From assembly GCA_965215195.1 (NCBI GenBank), contig CBDCDC010000001.1, positions 544,001 through 608,000 on the forward strand: 64,000 nt of DNA, in the 5' to 3' direction. Position numbers and translations under genes: made by a program. Positions 49,692 to 59,437 of the stretch are shown here, one piece after another. The stretch comes from Candidatus Latescibacterota bacterium. Its GTDB lineage: Bacteria > Latescibacterota > UBA2968 > UBA8231. The notes under the pieces were generated by a model. The model had not been told where the DNA came from. It saw nothing but the letters and a program-made list of their open reading frames with translations, and did not search any database. Every line of letters starts with the position of its first letter. Position 1 is the first letter of the stretch.

Positions 49692-51482
49692 TTGAGCATC
49701 GTCGTCCTCGACTTCGGCGGACAGTACGCCCACCTAATCGCCAACCGCATTCGCCGCCTCCGCGTCCATGCCGAGATCCGCTCGCCAGAGACTGCGGTTG
49801 CCGATTTGCAGGACGCCGACGGGCTGATTCTGTCGGGTGGCCCGGCCAGCGTCTATGACCCGCAAGCCCCGGCGTACAATCCCTCTATTTTGGCGATGGA
49901 CAAGCCGATGCTGGGCTTGTGCTACGGCCATCAACTGCTCTGCCACCGCTTGGGCGGCCAAGTCGAGCGGGGGGCGACCCACGAATTTGGCGCGGCCTAT
50001 TTGCATGTCCACAAGGCCGAGGGGGTGCTGGCCGGGTTGGACGTGCGCGAGCGAGTGTGGATGAGCCATCGCGACCACGTCGCGGCCCTGCCGCCCGGGT
50101 TTGCCGTCTTGGGCGCGACCGCGGGCTGCCCGGTGGCGGCCATGGGCGACCCCGAGCGCAAGATATACGGCTTGCAGTTCCATCCAGAAGTGACCCACAC
50201 CGTCCGCGGCATGGGAATCCTCGATAACTTCGCCGCGCTCTGCGGCGCGGAGCGCAACTGGACGATGGAGCGCTACACCGAGCAGGCGATAGAGCGAATC
50301 CAAGAGCATGCTAAAGGGCGCAACGTCTTTTTGTTCGTCAGCGGCGGGGTCGATTCGTCGGTGGCGTTTCTCCTGCTCAACCGCGCCTTGGGCGCGGAGC
50401 GGGTGCTGGGCTTGCACATTGACAACGGCTTTATGCGCGCGGGCGAAACCGCGCTGGTCGAGCGGCTGATGAAAGGGGCGGGCCTGCACAATCTGGAGGT
50501 CGTCGATGCCAGCGCGGATTTTCTCGCCGCCACCGAGGGGATTGCCGACCCGGAGGAAAAGCGGCGGCGGATTGGCGAGGAGTTCATCCGCGTCCGCGAC
50601 CGGGCACTGGCGGCACTGGCGCTGGATCCAGACGAGTGGCTGTTGGGCCAAGGGACGCTCTACACGGATACCATCGAGTCCGGCGGCACGGAAAACGCGG
50701 CCGTCATCAAGACCCACCACAACCGCGTCGGCGTCATCGATCAGCTCTTGGCCGAGGGCAAGGTCGTCGAGCCGCTGGACCAGCTCTACAAGGACGAGGC
50801 GCGCACCTTGGGCGAAACGCTCGGCTTGCCGCACCACTTGGTCTGGCGGCATCCGTTCCCCGGGCCGGGGCTGGCGGTGCGGGTTTTGTGCAGCGAAGGG
50901 CCGAGCGCGGAGATAGCACTCGAAACGGTCGTTGAGGCGCAGAAGGTGGCGGCGACATTCGGCCTATCACTCGATGTGCTGCCGTTGCGCAGCGTCGGCG
51001 TACAGGGCGATGCGCGGACCTACGCACATCCAGCGGTGATCTCTGGTCAGAGCGAGTGGAAGACGCTGGAGGCCCTGTCCACTGAATTGACCAATCGCTT
51101 CCCGTCGATCAATCGGGTGATCTACCTGCTGGGGCCCACGCCGCGGCCACAGCAAAACCTCAAGGCCGGGTATTTGACCCGCGACCGGCTCGATCTCCTG
51201 CGCAAGGCCGATGCCATCAGCATGGAGGCGTTGGAGCGCCACGGGCTAATGCGGGAAGTGACCCAGATGCCAACGGTGCTGCTGCCGCTGTCGTCGGATG
51301 GGGTGCAAGAGAGCGTAGTGCTGCGGCCGGTTGCGACCTCCGACTTTATGACCGCACGCTTTTGCCCGTTGCCGCCGGCGTTTTTGGACGATGTGTGCGA
51401 GCGGCTGTTGGCACTAGCCGGGATTGAAGCGGTCTTCTACGACATTACCCACAAGCCGCCGGGCACGGTGGAGTGGGAGTGA
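49692..51482 (+). CDS. guaA: GMP synthase (glutamine-hydrolysing)
   Basis: LDFGGQY, GLCYGHQ, QFHPEV, SGGVDS, IKTHHN, HPFPGPGL, KPPGTVEWE. Confidence 0.96.
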   Translation: MSIVVLDFGGQYAHLIANRIRRLRVHAEIRSPETAVADLQDADGLILSGGPASVYDPQAPAYNPSILAMDKPMLGLCYGHQLLCHRLGGQVERGATHEFGAAYLHVHKAEGVLAGLDVRERVWMSHRDHVAALPPGFAVLGATAGCPVAAMGDPERKIYGLQFHPEVTHTVRGMGILDNFAALCGAERNWTMERYTEQAIERIQEHAKGRNVFLFVSGGVDSSVAFLLLNRALGAERVLGLHIDNGFMRAGETALVERLMKGAGLHNLEVVDASADFLAATEGIADPEEKRRRIGEEFIRVRDRALAALALDPDEWLLGQGTLYTDTIESGGTENAAVIKTHHNRVGVIDQLLAEGKVVEPLDQLYKDEARTLGETLGLPHHLVWRHPFPGPGLAVRVLCSEGPSAEIALETVVEAQKVAATFGLSLDVLPLRSVGVQGDARTYAHPAVISGQSEWKTLEALSTELTNRFPSINRVIYLLGPTPRPQQNLKAGYLTRDRLDLLRKADAISMEALERHGLMREVTQMPTVLLPLSSDGVQESVVLRPVATSDFMTARFCPLPPAFLDDVCERLLALAGIEAVFYDITHKPPGTVEWE

Positions 51483-52660
51483 GGCATCCTTATCTGGAAC
51501 GTCACCCGCACGAACTTACCGCCTTCGTCTTGCACAATTTCTGGCTCGGTGCCATTGAATTCCCGCATCGCTCTCCGCATCACCGGCCAGCCGCGTCCCC
51601 GCTGCTCCATCAAGCGCGCGACGAGGATGGCGTTTGCCATCAACTCGTTGCGGGACCGCGGATTACCGCCGGAGCGCACGTTCTCGACTTTCATGTGATT
51701 GGGGAGAGTTCCGGGGCTGGTCACGTCAATGCGGTCGCTGAATACTTCGAGCAGCACCCGCGAACCGGTAATCGCGTAGTCGCGATGGACGACGGCGTTG
51801 ACGATCGCCTCGCGCAGCGCCTTCTCGGGCACCAACGGCGCGTCCTCCCGGGCGAGCTCGTGGTAGCGCTCGGTCCATCCGAGGCTTCGAACCCATCCGA
51901 CCGACCGGCGTATTTGCTCGTCGAGCCGCCCTTTCCCCTCGCCAGCGAGGATGACATCCGACGCCCGATCCGCGCCCGAGTAGGCGGCGCACTGGACGAA
52001 GAAGCTCGTTGTCTGCGGGTGCGCCTGCGGCTCCTTGCCAAACGCCATCAACCCGTAGAGCGTGGGGTGTAAAACCCCGTCGAACTCGGCTAGGATGCGT
52101 CTATTGCGCAGATCGTCAGCAGTGGCGGGCTGCGGTTCCGCCTCCACGTCAAGCCCCTGAGTACGCAGGAAGGAGCGAAACTCGCCGAGGTCGATATCCT
52201 CTATCCTCGCGGCCGGAATGATTTGCTCTTCCGTCAGAACAAAGCCGAAGGTATTGTACAGCTCCTGGAGTTCGGTCGGCGACGGTTCCACGCTGCTGCG
52301 TTCGCGCCGAATCCAGACGCGCCCTCGATAGTGGATAGGTTCAAAGCCCCGCTGACGAGGCACTTCGATCCAATGCACCCATCCGTTCGGCGCGCTGTAC
52401 CGCCCACAGTGCGCCGGGATCGGCGTACTACACCCCGAATGCAGAAAACTGGTCAGCCGTTCCTGTGCGGTATCCGGATCCTCTCTCACCCCGACAATCG
52501 TCCCCCCATCATCAACCCCTAGGACGATCAGCCCGCCTTCTGCATTTGCAAAGGCGCAGATCGCCCGACCAATTCCCGAGAAGTCTCCAAGGTCGCGTTT
52601 GAATTCGGTTCGCCGACCCTCGCCCGCTTTGATGCGCTTGGTGATGTCATGCCATTCCAT
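51437..52660 (-). CDS. AlbA_2 plus HATPase_c_4 (RecG C-terminal-like) protein
   Basis: GEGRRTEFK, ICAFANAEGGLIVLGV, REAIVNAVVHRDY, SPGTLP, RNE..A, EQRGRG. Confidence 0.88.
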   Translation of the reverse strand: MEWHDITKRIKAGEGRRTEFKRDLGDFSGIGRAICAFANAEGGLIVLGVDDGGTIVGVREDPDTAQERLTSFLHSGCSTPIPAHCGRYSAPNGWVHWIEVPRQRGFEPIHYRGRVWIRRERSSVEPSPTELQELYNTFGFVLTEEQIIPAARIEDIDLGEFRSFLRTQGLDVEAEPQPATADDLRNRRILAEFDGVLHPTLYGLMAFGKEPQAHPQTTSFFVQCAAYSGADRASDVILAGEGKGRLDEQIRRSVGWVRSLGWTERYHELAREDAPLVPEKALREAIVNAVVHRDYAITGSRVLLEVFSDRIDVTSPGTLPNHMKVENVRSGGNPRSRNELMANAILVARLMEQRGRGWPVMRRAMREFNGTEPEIVQDEGGKFVRVTFQIRMPHSHSTVPGGLWVMS

Positions 52661-52919
52661 AGTTCACCTAGTACATTAGCTATAAAAACCACGGAGCGAT
52701 TTCAATTATTTAGTACGGCGTTCACTCCGTCAAGGTTCAGTGGTCAGCAGCCGGCCGCTGAGGTTCAAAGAGGGCGTTATTGTCGGCTCGCTGCGGTCAC
52801 CCCATGTCTTCCGACATTGACGTGGCCGTTGTGCGCGAAATAAGGTGGCGGATTTGGCGGCCAAAGCCGCGTGCATTTTGCGCGATTTTGCGTGGGAAAC
52901 GCTCTTGCGGCCTGAGTAG

Positions 52920-54167
52920 CTAGCAGACAAGAGTGTACTGCTTCTTGCCGCGGCGCACGATTAAGTATTTGCCGTGCAGGCCATGTCGGCGCTGCATTCT
53001 CCGCGCCATGTCCGTGCAGCGCTCGCCGTTGATGTATATTGAACCGTTTTGCACGTCTTGGCGGGCTTGGCGCTTGGAGGGCGAGACGCCGGCCGCGACG
53101 AGCAGATCGACCAGCCCCAGCTCCTCCTGACCCATCGCGTGCGTTGGCACGTCGTCAAAGCCTTCGAGGATTTCGGCCTCGGATAGGTCTTGAAACGCCC
53201 CGTAAAAGAGCGCGTACGAGATGCGTTCGGCCCGGCGAGCAGCGTCGGCCCCATGCACTAGGGTTGTTGCCTCGACAGCAAGGGTGCGCTGGGCCTCGCG
53301 CCGTGCGGGCTGGTCGCGGACGGTCTCGGCGAGCTGGCGGATCGCGTCCTGCTCCAAGAAAGTGTACGTTTTCAGGTAATCGACCACCTTCTGGTCCTCG
53401 GCGTTGATCCAGAACTGGTAAAACTGATAGGCCGAGGTCTTGGCGGCGTCGAGCCAGACCGTCCCCGCCTCGGTCTTGCCGAATTTAGCCCCGTCTGCTT
53501 TGGTCACCAGCGGGCAGGTCAGGCCAAAGGCCCGGTTGCCGGCGGAGCGGCGGATCAGATCGGTGCCGGCGGTGATATTGCCCCACTGGTCAGAGCCGCC
53601 GGTCTGCAATTCGCAGCCGTACTTTTTATTGAGGACCAAGAAGTCATACGCCTGTAGCACCATGTAGCTGAACTCGGTGTAGGAAATACCCGTTTCGAGG
53701 CGCGAGGCGACCGATTCCTTGGCCAACATGTAGGGGACGGGAAAGTGCTTGCCTACGTCGCGCATAAAGTCGATGGCCGCGAGTTGGCCGAGCCAGTCGT
53801 AGTTATCGACCACAATCGCCGGGTTGGGGCCGTCGAATTCGAGGAAGCGCGCTAGCTGGGCTTTGACCTGCTGAGTCCACTCGGCCACCACGTCGGTGGC
53901 ATTGAGCTGGCGCTCCTCGGTCTTGCCCCCTGGATCGCCGATCAGGCCGGTGCCGCCGCCAGCCAAGGCAATGACCTTGTGCCCGGCGAGCTGGAAGCGG
54001 CGCAGGAGCAGGATCGGCACGAGGTTGCCCACCGTCAGGCTGTCGGCGGTCGGGTCAAAGCCGTTGTAGAGCGCGATCGGACCGGCCGCGAGGCGCGCGG
54101 CGAGGCCGTCGAGATCGGTGGCTTGGTAGATCAGGTTGCGGAACTGAAGATCGGGTATGATGTTCAT
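52920..54167 (-). CDS. tyrS: Tyrosine--tRNA ligase
   Basis: GFDPTADSL, GGSDQWGNI, KFGKT, S4 domain. Confidence 0.97.
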   Translation of the reverse strand: MNIIPDLQFRNLIYQATDLDGLAARLAAGPIALYNGFDPTADSLTVGNLVPILLLRRFQLAGHKVIALAGGGTGLIGDPGGKTEERQLNATDVVAEWTQQVKAQLARFLEFDGPNPAIVVDNYDWLGQLAAIDFMRDVGKHFPVPYMLAKESVASRLETGISYTEFSYMVLQAYDFLVLNKKYGCELQTGGSDQWGNITAGTDLIRRSAGNRAFGLTCPLVTKADGAKFGKTEAGTVWLDAAKTSAYQFYQFWINAEDQKVVDYLKTYTFLEQDAIRQLAETVRDQPARREAQRTLAVEATTLVHGADAARRAERISYALFYGAFQDLSEAEILEGFDDVPTHAMGQEELGLVDLLVAAGVSPSKRQARQDVQNGSIYINGERCTDMARRMQRRHGLHGKYLIVRRGKKQYTLVC

Positions 54168-54191
54168 CGCATTTCCTTAATTTATGGGCAT

Positions 54192-54218
54192 AAAAAAAGC
54201 CCCTGTAACCAGGGGCTT
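54192..54218 (-). terminator. Intrinsic terminator in the tyrS leader (attenuator)
   Basis: aagcccctg-gtta-caggggc followed by U7, 24 nt upstream of the tyrS ATG. Confidence 0.85.
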
Positions 54219-54249
54219 GTAACGCGGTTGAGACGACAAAGCGAGCGCA

Positions 54250-54309
54250 CTATCCCCCTTTTTGACGCGAGGTATAATAGTAGTAGCGATCGGCGCGTAG
54301 GGTCTGCAT
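54250..54309 (-). CDS. Tyr-rich leader peptide MQTLRADRYYYYTSRQKGG (19 aa)
   Basis: GGAG RBS, ATG 54309, four tandem Tyr codons TAC TAC TAT TAT, TAG stop; lies upstream of the terminator and tyrS. Confidence 0.85.
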   Translation of the reverse strand: MQTLRADRYYYYTSRQKGG

Positions 54310-54328
54310 GGTTCGTTCTCCGCGCAAA

Positions 54329-54357
54329 AATATAATGGCGACCTCTATCCCCGTCAA
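54329..54357 (-). promoter_or_regulatory. Sigma70-like promoter of the tyrS leader
   Basis: TTGACG-17 bp-TATATT. Confidence 0.7.
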
Positions 54358-54501
54358 TCAGGAGGCTAACCGACGCTAAGAGCCTATACGAAAATTGATT
54401 TCCTGATAATAAAAAGGTCTTGGCAACCTACGTTTTCCTTACCTATTGACCCTCAATCAAGTCCGAATTGTCGACCGTTTGACATAATTTTCGCAGCGGA
54501 A

Positions 54502-55761
54502 TCAATCGCCCAGATAGCCCTGTGCTGCCCAAATTTTCCTCGCCAGCTTTTTAGCCTCGGCGTCCGGTTCGATTGCGCCCAAAATACTGCTCGGCGGCTG
54601 CCCCTGCTTTTTGCGCTCCGGGTCGGGCGACCAGTCGTCTTGGGCGTATTTTCGGCGCACTGACTCGCGGCGGAAGTCGGGTACTTCCATTGGTGCCGAG
54701 TCGTTTAGTGCCGACCGCCACGCTTGGATACCGGCGATGCTCATGTCGAGGCCGCGGTACACGTCGAGATAGGGCGGCTCGCCGGTGCGGATGGCCTCGG
54801 CAAAGTGATAGCTGGTGAAAAAGTCGCCGCCGCCGTGTCCGGTGCGCGTGGCTTGGGTGTGACGCACCGGGAAGTCGGGCCTGTACACCGTTTCAACCGG
54901 ATCGCTCTTGCGCTTTTCCCACGGCTCGTACCACACGCGCAGCCGCTGTTTGTCGCCGTGGCGGCAGTTTTCCATCACGCCCTTGTTGCCGTGGATGCGG
55001 ACGTAGTTGCCGTGGCCGCGCAGCGCACCGTGCAGGGACTTCACCACCGCGTCGTTGTCCATCCGGCAGATGATCACCGCGGCCGTGTCGCCTCGGTACA
55101 CGTGCAGCGTTTGGGTGGGGTCGGCAAAATCAAAGGGGATGACAAAGCCATTCACCTTTACCGGCCGGGTGTCGGTGATGTACATGACCGGGGCGATGGA
55201 ATGGGTGCAGTAGTACGTGGCGGGGATCCAGTTGCGCCAGTGGTCGCGTCCGCAGCTACGCGCCAGTTTCACTTCGGGCGGGTCGGGGTGGACGTACTCT
55301 CCTTCGCCGTATTTGAACTCGCCGACGCGGCCCTTTTGGTAGAGCCGCTTCATCTCTTGGTTGAAGACCATGTAGGGATAGTTCTCGGCGAACATGTAGG
55401 TTTTGCCGCTTTGCTCAACCGCTCGCGCCAGCGCCACGCCTTCGCCCAAGGTGTGGCAGGCGGCGGTTTCGCTCATTACGTGTTTGCCGGCCTTGAGTGC
55501 TTTGATGGCAAACGGGGCGTGTTGGTGGAAGTAGTTGGCCAGCACAACCGCGTCCGTGTCGCAGCCGAGGAATTCGTCGTAATCGACGAACGTCGGCACG
55601 CTGAGTGCCTTGCCTTCTGCGCTGAGGCGCTCTTCCCAAATGTCGCAGATGGCGACCAGTTCCATGCCGGTCGCGGCGGCCGCCTGCATGAAGGAGCGTC
55701 CGCGACCAACGCCGACTACGCCGACGCGGATGGGACGTTGTTTGTTGCGTTTTTTAGTCAT
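54502..55761 (-). CDS. Gfo/Idh/MocA oxidoreductase
   Basis: IRVGVVGVGRG, AGKHVMSE, YMFAENY, YYCTHS, GHGGGD. Confidence 0.9.
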   Translation of the reverse strand: MTKKRNKQRPIRVGVVGVGRGRSFMQAAAATGMELVAICDIWEERLSAEGKALSVPTFVDYDEFLGCDTDAVVLANYFHQHAPFAIKALKAGKHVMSETAACHTLGEGVALARAVEQSGKTYMFAENYPYMVFNQEMKRLYQKGRVGEFKYGEGEYVHPDPPEVKLARSCGRDHWRNWIPATYYCTHSIAPVMYITDTRPVKVNGFVIPFDFADPTQTLHVYRGDTAAVIICRMDNDAVVKSLHGALRGHGNYVRIHGNKGVMENCRHGDKQRLRVWYEPWEKRKSDPVETVYRPDFPVRHTQATRTGHGGGDFFTSYHFAEAIRTGEPPYLDVYRGLDMSIAGIQAWRSALNDSAPMEVPDFRRESVRRKYAQDDWSPDPERKKQGQPPSSILGAIEPDAEAKKLARKIWAAQGYLGD

Positions 55762-55793
55762 GGTTTAAGCCTGTTCCCTTCCCAGCGTCTTCT

Positions 55794-56486
55794 TCAGGTG
55801 TTTTCAACGGATTCACTTGCTGTAGCGATCTCACCAGTCTGAGGGTCAAGCGTAATTTTTACCAAGCCCTGAGACTCTGGATCGCGGATCGCACGCCGCT
55901 TAAAAACTGGCAGGTTGGAACCATTCCCCCGGCGTGCGGAAGGAACGGCCAAACCGTCCAATTCCAACCGGACTGCTGCCGCGCCAATCCGATTACAGAA
56001 CGTGTAGTCAGTATCATGCACCAATTCCGGCCATTCGCTCCGCTTGTCGCGGAGGTCCTTTTCCTCGCCTTCAAACAAACAGGTAAAACGCTGATAGTAG
56101 GCACTGCGTCGACCTTGGGGACGACCTCCAAAACCCTTACTGAACCAATGCGCGGCTTCCGCCTCGGATGTCACAGGATCGAGGGCGCTGTAAAAGACGG
56201 GATAGGAGCCATCCGAATACCTCGTCGCCCTGATCAGGTGGCATTTCGGACGAAATGGCGCATCGCAGAGATCTTCAAGGGAAGTTCTGTAGCCAGCAGC
56301 TACGAGTAGATCTCTCATTTCCCGTTCGCCAAGTGCATCCAATCTCAACTCTGCAAGGAACTCGTCATCCCAATCCAAGGTGGCCAATCGGTATATCCGC
56401 CGAAGGTTGCGTGTGGTAGGAATCTCGTCAAGCAGGTTGTCAACCGATTGGCGGGATTCCCGTACGTCATCGTCCTGCGGCGGCAT
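55794..56486 (-). CDS. RES-domain toxin
   Basis: TRYSDGSYPVFYSA...EAE, DYTFC, VPSAR, NLPVF. Confidence 0.85.
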   Translation of the reverse strand: MPPQDDDVRESRQSVDNLLDEIPTTRNLRRIYRLATLDWDDEFLAELRLDALGEREMRDLLVAAGYRTSLEDLCDAPFRPKCHLIRATRYSDGSYPVFYSALDPVTSEAEAAHWFSKGFGGRPQGRRSAYYQRFTCLFEGEEKDLRDKRSEWPELVHDTDYTFCNRIGAAAVRLELDGLAVPSARRGNGSNLPVFKRRAIRDPESQGLVKITLDPQTGEIATASESVENT

Positions 56487-57102
56487 CCACGTACTCCTTC
56501 ACCAAAAGAAGGTCTTCCATGGAGCCGCCCAACAGCAACTTCAACGGCTCTCGCTCATCCAGCAAAGTGTGCGGTTCGCGCAGCCATTCGTTTTCGACAT
56601 CCAGATCGCGAAAGAGCGATGCCAGCGTCTGCCTGATGTGGAAAAGATGGGCAATCCGATCGCGAACGTCTCGGCCGTGCAAGTCGGCAGTTCCTGCCAG
56701 AACAGCTCGCACGAGATTGTTGTCGGTCTGATCGAATCCCAGCAGGAGGACTGCATCGCCTCTACTCAAGCGCCAACTCTCAAGCAATTTTAAGACAAAC
56801 TGAACCGGTCCGCTGACCCGATTCGGCGCAAAGGCAAGCGATCGCCAACTCACAACGTCGAGACCGATCTCTGAAGAGTGACCTGCGGTAAGTCCCAAAT
56901 TCAGTTCATACGCAGACGAACCGCTAGCGAAGGATGAAAAGGCAGGTTTCGGATTTCGCTGATAAAGGTAGATCGCATGTAAGGCACGGGGATTGTCGGA
57001 ACCGATTTGTGACGGCCCAGTGTAGCCGGACCTCGACATCAAAAGGGAGTCCTCAGCACCTTCTTTAGGAGTTGATCCTAGCACTTCTGTTACAGTCGTC
57101 AT
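56467..57102 (-). CDS. Xre/MbcA/ParS-like antitoxin with a long N-terminal extension
   Basis: DRIAHLFHIRQTLASLF..ENEWLREPH..L...PLKLLLGGSMEDLLLVKEYVD. Confidence 0.8.
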   Translation of the reverse strand: MTTVTEVLGSTPKEGAEDSLLMSRSGYTGPSQIGSDNPRALHAIYLYQRNPKPAFSSFASGSSAYELNLGLTAGHSSEIGLDVVSWRSLAFAPNRVSGPVQFVLKLLESWRLSRGDAVLLLGFDQTDNNLVRAVLAGTADLHGRDVRDRIAHLFHIRQTLASLFRDLDVENEWLREPHTLLDEREPLKLLLGGSMEDLLLVKEYVDAAAGR

Positions 57103-57773
57103 GTTATTTCCACCTGAATCCGCGATAGTATTCCGCCTATCAGACGATACTGTGCATCAATGCGATCACTGACCGATTTTTGGCTGCCAACGTGATGGCT
57201 CTGGCAGAATATCGTAAATTCGTCTTGGTCGGCGGTGACCTTGGTTGACGATCTCCAGCCATCCATCGGATTGCCGAGATCAATGGCGACGACAGGATGT
57301 TCCTTTGTTGCCCCAAACTGAGACGGATCCACACGGACATTCGCGGCGGAAATTTTTTTGAGGTGTCCGGCGGCGTTGCCTTGTCCACTCAATTTGAGCA
57401 AGATGCTGATCGTCTCATCGAGAATGACCACATCGGCGCATGTCTCGTTCAGGGCCACCGTGATTAAGTCGATACATTTCTTGCAAATCTCGACGTCGTT
57501 CTCATTTAAGTTGGAAAAGTCTATGGCCAAGCGCACCGGGGTCAGATGGACCGATGCGTTGCCGCCAAACATCTTGATCCGCAGCCCGGTGTCCGATTGC
57601 ATCCCACCTGTCGAAACGTACATGTCGTCCGCGTTCAATGCGTACGGGTAGATCTCCCGGACGCCCGCGTAAATGCGTACTTGCAGTTTTGGTGCTTGGC
57701 GTATCACATCGAACAACGGAACGGCGAAGTCGGCCTGATAGCCGATGTCCATCCCAGCAAATGGCACTTTCAT
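57099..57773 (-). CDS. Hypothetical protein coupled to the RES-Xre pair
   Basis: 224-aa ORF; stop overlaps the antitoxin ATG (ATGA); same low-GC composition. Confidence 0.7.
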   Translation of the reverse strand: MKVPFAGMDIGYQADFAVPLFDVIRQAPKLQVRIYAGVREIYPYALNADDMYVSTGGMQSDTGLRIKMFGGNASVHLTPVRLAIDFSNLNENDVEICKKCIDLITVALNETCADVVILDETISILLKLSGQGNAAGHLKKISAANVRVDPSQFGATKEHPVVAIDLGNPMDGWRSSTKVTADQDEFTIFCQSHHVGSQKSVSDRIDAQYRLIGGILSRIQVEIT

Positions 57774-57937
57774 TCCGTCACCTTGGTCTCAATTTTCGCC
57801 CGTCAAGGCGGTTCTACGATACCACATTCTGCCTCTCTGACATATTGCAAAATAAGGTACTGTTATCGATGCTCTGTCAACATACCCGACCCGCTAGCGA
57901 CGAATTGCTGACTTACCGCCACAGGTAGCGTATAAAT

Positions 57938-59281
57938 TTAGAACGTCGAGGGTTTGGGCGTTGCCGGGGGCCAGTAGCCGTCGGGATTTTCGTCCCACGC
58001 CGTGCCGCACATCCGCGAGATGACCGCCCATTCAGCCGCGGTCAGGTGGGCGTGATTGTGGAAGAGGAAGCGCTGCAATCCGGCCGCGGCTGAGGCCTGG
58101 AGGATGCGGTAGAGATCGCCGGCGGTCATGGGGTCGCCGCCGTGGGGCATGCGCCCGGTATCGACCCAAGGCAAGATCTTTTGCGGGTCGCCGACCGCGG
58201 CGATGGCGCGGCGCGTCTCTTCTTGTACCACCTCGTCGAAAAACGCCTGCGGAAACCCCAACTCCATGTCGGCGAGGTACGCCACCTCGGGCAGGCGGAT
58301 GCCAAGCCAAGCGCGGAGGACCGTCCAGCACTGCGCCTCGCTCAACGCCGGATTCCACGCCTGAATTTGCCGCACCCAGCGGGCGACCGTGCCGTACATC
58401 CCGTCAAAGCCGCGGTGCCAGAAGTAGTGCTTGACCAAGAGCAGATCCACGATCTGGCCCCAAGCGTGGAAATCGAGCGCGGTCATGCCGGAAAACACAG
58501 CCGAGCGCGGGCCGTTGCCCAAGAGCAGTTGACGCGGCAATTCGTCGAGGGCCTGGCGGAAGGCGCGGCCTTGGCGGATGCCGTCTTCGCGTCGCCAGCG
58601 CAGCCAGTAGAGCGCGTCCTCGTTGATGTCGAAGAGGTTCATCTCCGAGAGCACGCCGTAGGCACCATAGTAATCAACTTCGGCGGGAGTAAAAGACTGG
58701 AAGCGCTGGTGCAAATGCTGACGGCCGCGATCGAGTCGCGCGGCGTCGTAGCCTCTAGCGGTTGCCTCTTGGCGCTGGCCGTCACTGAGCGGGCGAAAGA
58801 CGGCATTGCCGTGGTGATAAGTCAGCTCGTAAGCCGACTCGGTCCAGCCATCGACAATGCCGCCATCGGCTTCTGGAAAAGCCGCGAAGATGTCCTCCCA
58901 GGCCGCAGCGTGTAGCTGGGTGCCGTAGGGATCCTCCGCCAGCGGCAGGCCCTCGGCGGCAATGGTGCCGGAGGCCGGCGCGAAGATCATCAGGGTCCAG
59001 CCGCGCCTTTTGGCGTCGGCCAGCATAGTGTGCAGGCGCTTTTCCTTGTCCGGTTGCAGGGGCGCGTCGCGCAGTTGGGCTTTGAGGCCGCGCCTTTTGT
59101 AGGGCGCGAGATCGCTCTTGAACGCGGGGATGGTACACTGGCCTTGCTCATCGGCAAACAGCAGGCGGCCAAAGACAAGGCCGCGGATGCCGCCTTGTGC
59201 CCAAGCATCGAAGATGCGCTCGTAGTCGGACATGACCGCCTCTAAGGGCTGGCCGATGCGGATCCAAGGGGTCAGAGTCAT
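57938..59281 (-). CDS. Hypothetical protein (possible TIM-barrel/glycoside-hydrolase-like fold)
   Basis: Long ORF with host-like codon usage; GGAG RBS before ATG 59281. Confidence 0.7.
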   Translation of the reverse strand: MTLTPWIRIGQPLEAVMSDYERIFDAWAQGGIRGLVFGRLLFADEQGQCTIPAFKSDLAPYKRRGLKAQLRDAPLQPDKEKRLHTMLADAKRRGWTLMIFAPASGTIAAEGLPLAEDPYGTQLHAAAWEDIFAAFPEADGGIVDGWTESAYELTYHHGNAVFRPLSDGQRQEATARGYDAARLDRGRQHLHQRFQSFTPAEVDYYGAYGVLSEMNLFDINEDALYWLRWRREDGIRQGRAFRQALDELPRQLLLGNGPRSAVFSGMTALDFHAWGQIVDLLLVKHYFWHRGFDGMYGTVARWVRQIQAWNPALSEAQCWTVLRAWLGIRLPEVAYLADMELGFPQAFFDEVVQEETRRAIAAVGDPQKILPWVDTGRMPHGGDPMTAGDLYRILQASAAAGLQRFLFHNHAHLTAAEWAVISRMCGTAWDENPDGYWPPATPKPSTF

Positions 59282-59437
59282 GGCGCGTTCTCCTGTTGGT
59301 GGGCAAGGCAATATATTGCGTCGGTAGGGCGGCGTCCATATCGCTATCAGGTAGTAGTTCAGTCGGCGATAAAAATTGTATATATTCAGCGATTCTGTGG
59401 CTGCCTAAACACCAAACTGGACAAAGGAGGTGCCTAA

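Noticed and set aside
52760-52918. Possible nucleotidyltransferase antitoxin remnant (VIVGS...SDIDVAVV across frames)
   Set aside because: Needs several frameshifts; too short to support without a search
54168-54330. T-box riboswitch upstream of tyrS
   Set aside because: No T-box consensus (AAnnnGGGTGGnACC) and the leader is too short; the leader-peptide model fits better
54378-54500. Possible MITE (cgaaaatt ... aattttcg)
   Set aside because: Only an 8-bp IR, no clear target duplication, single copy in the window
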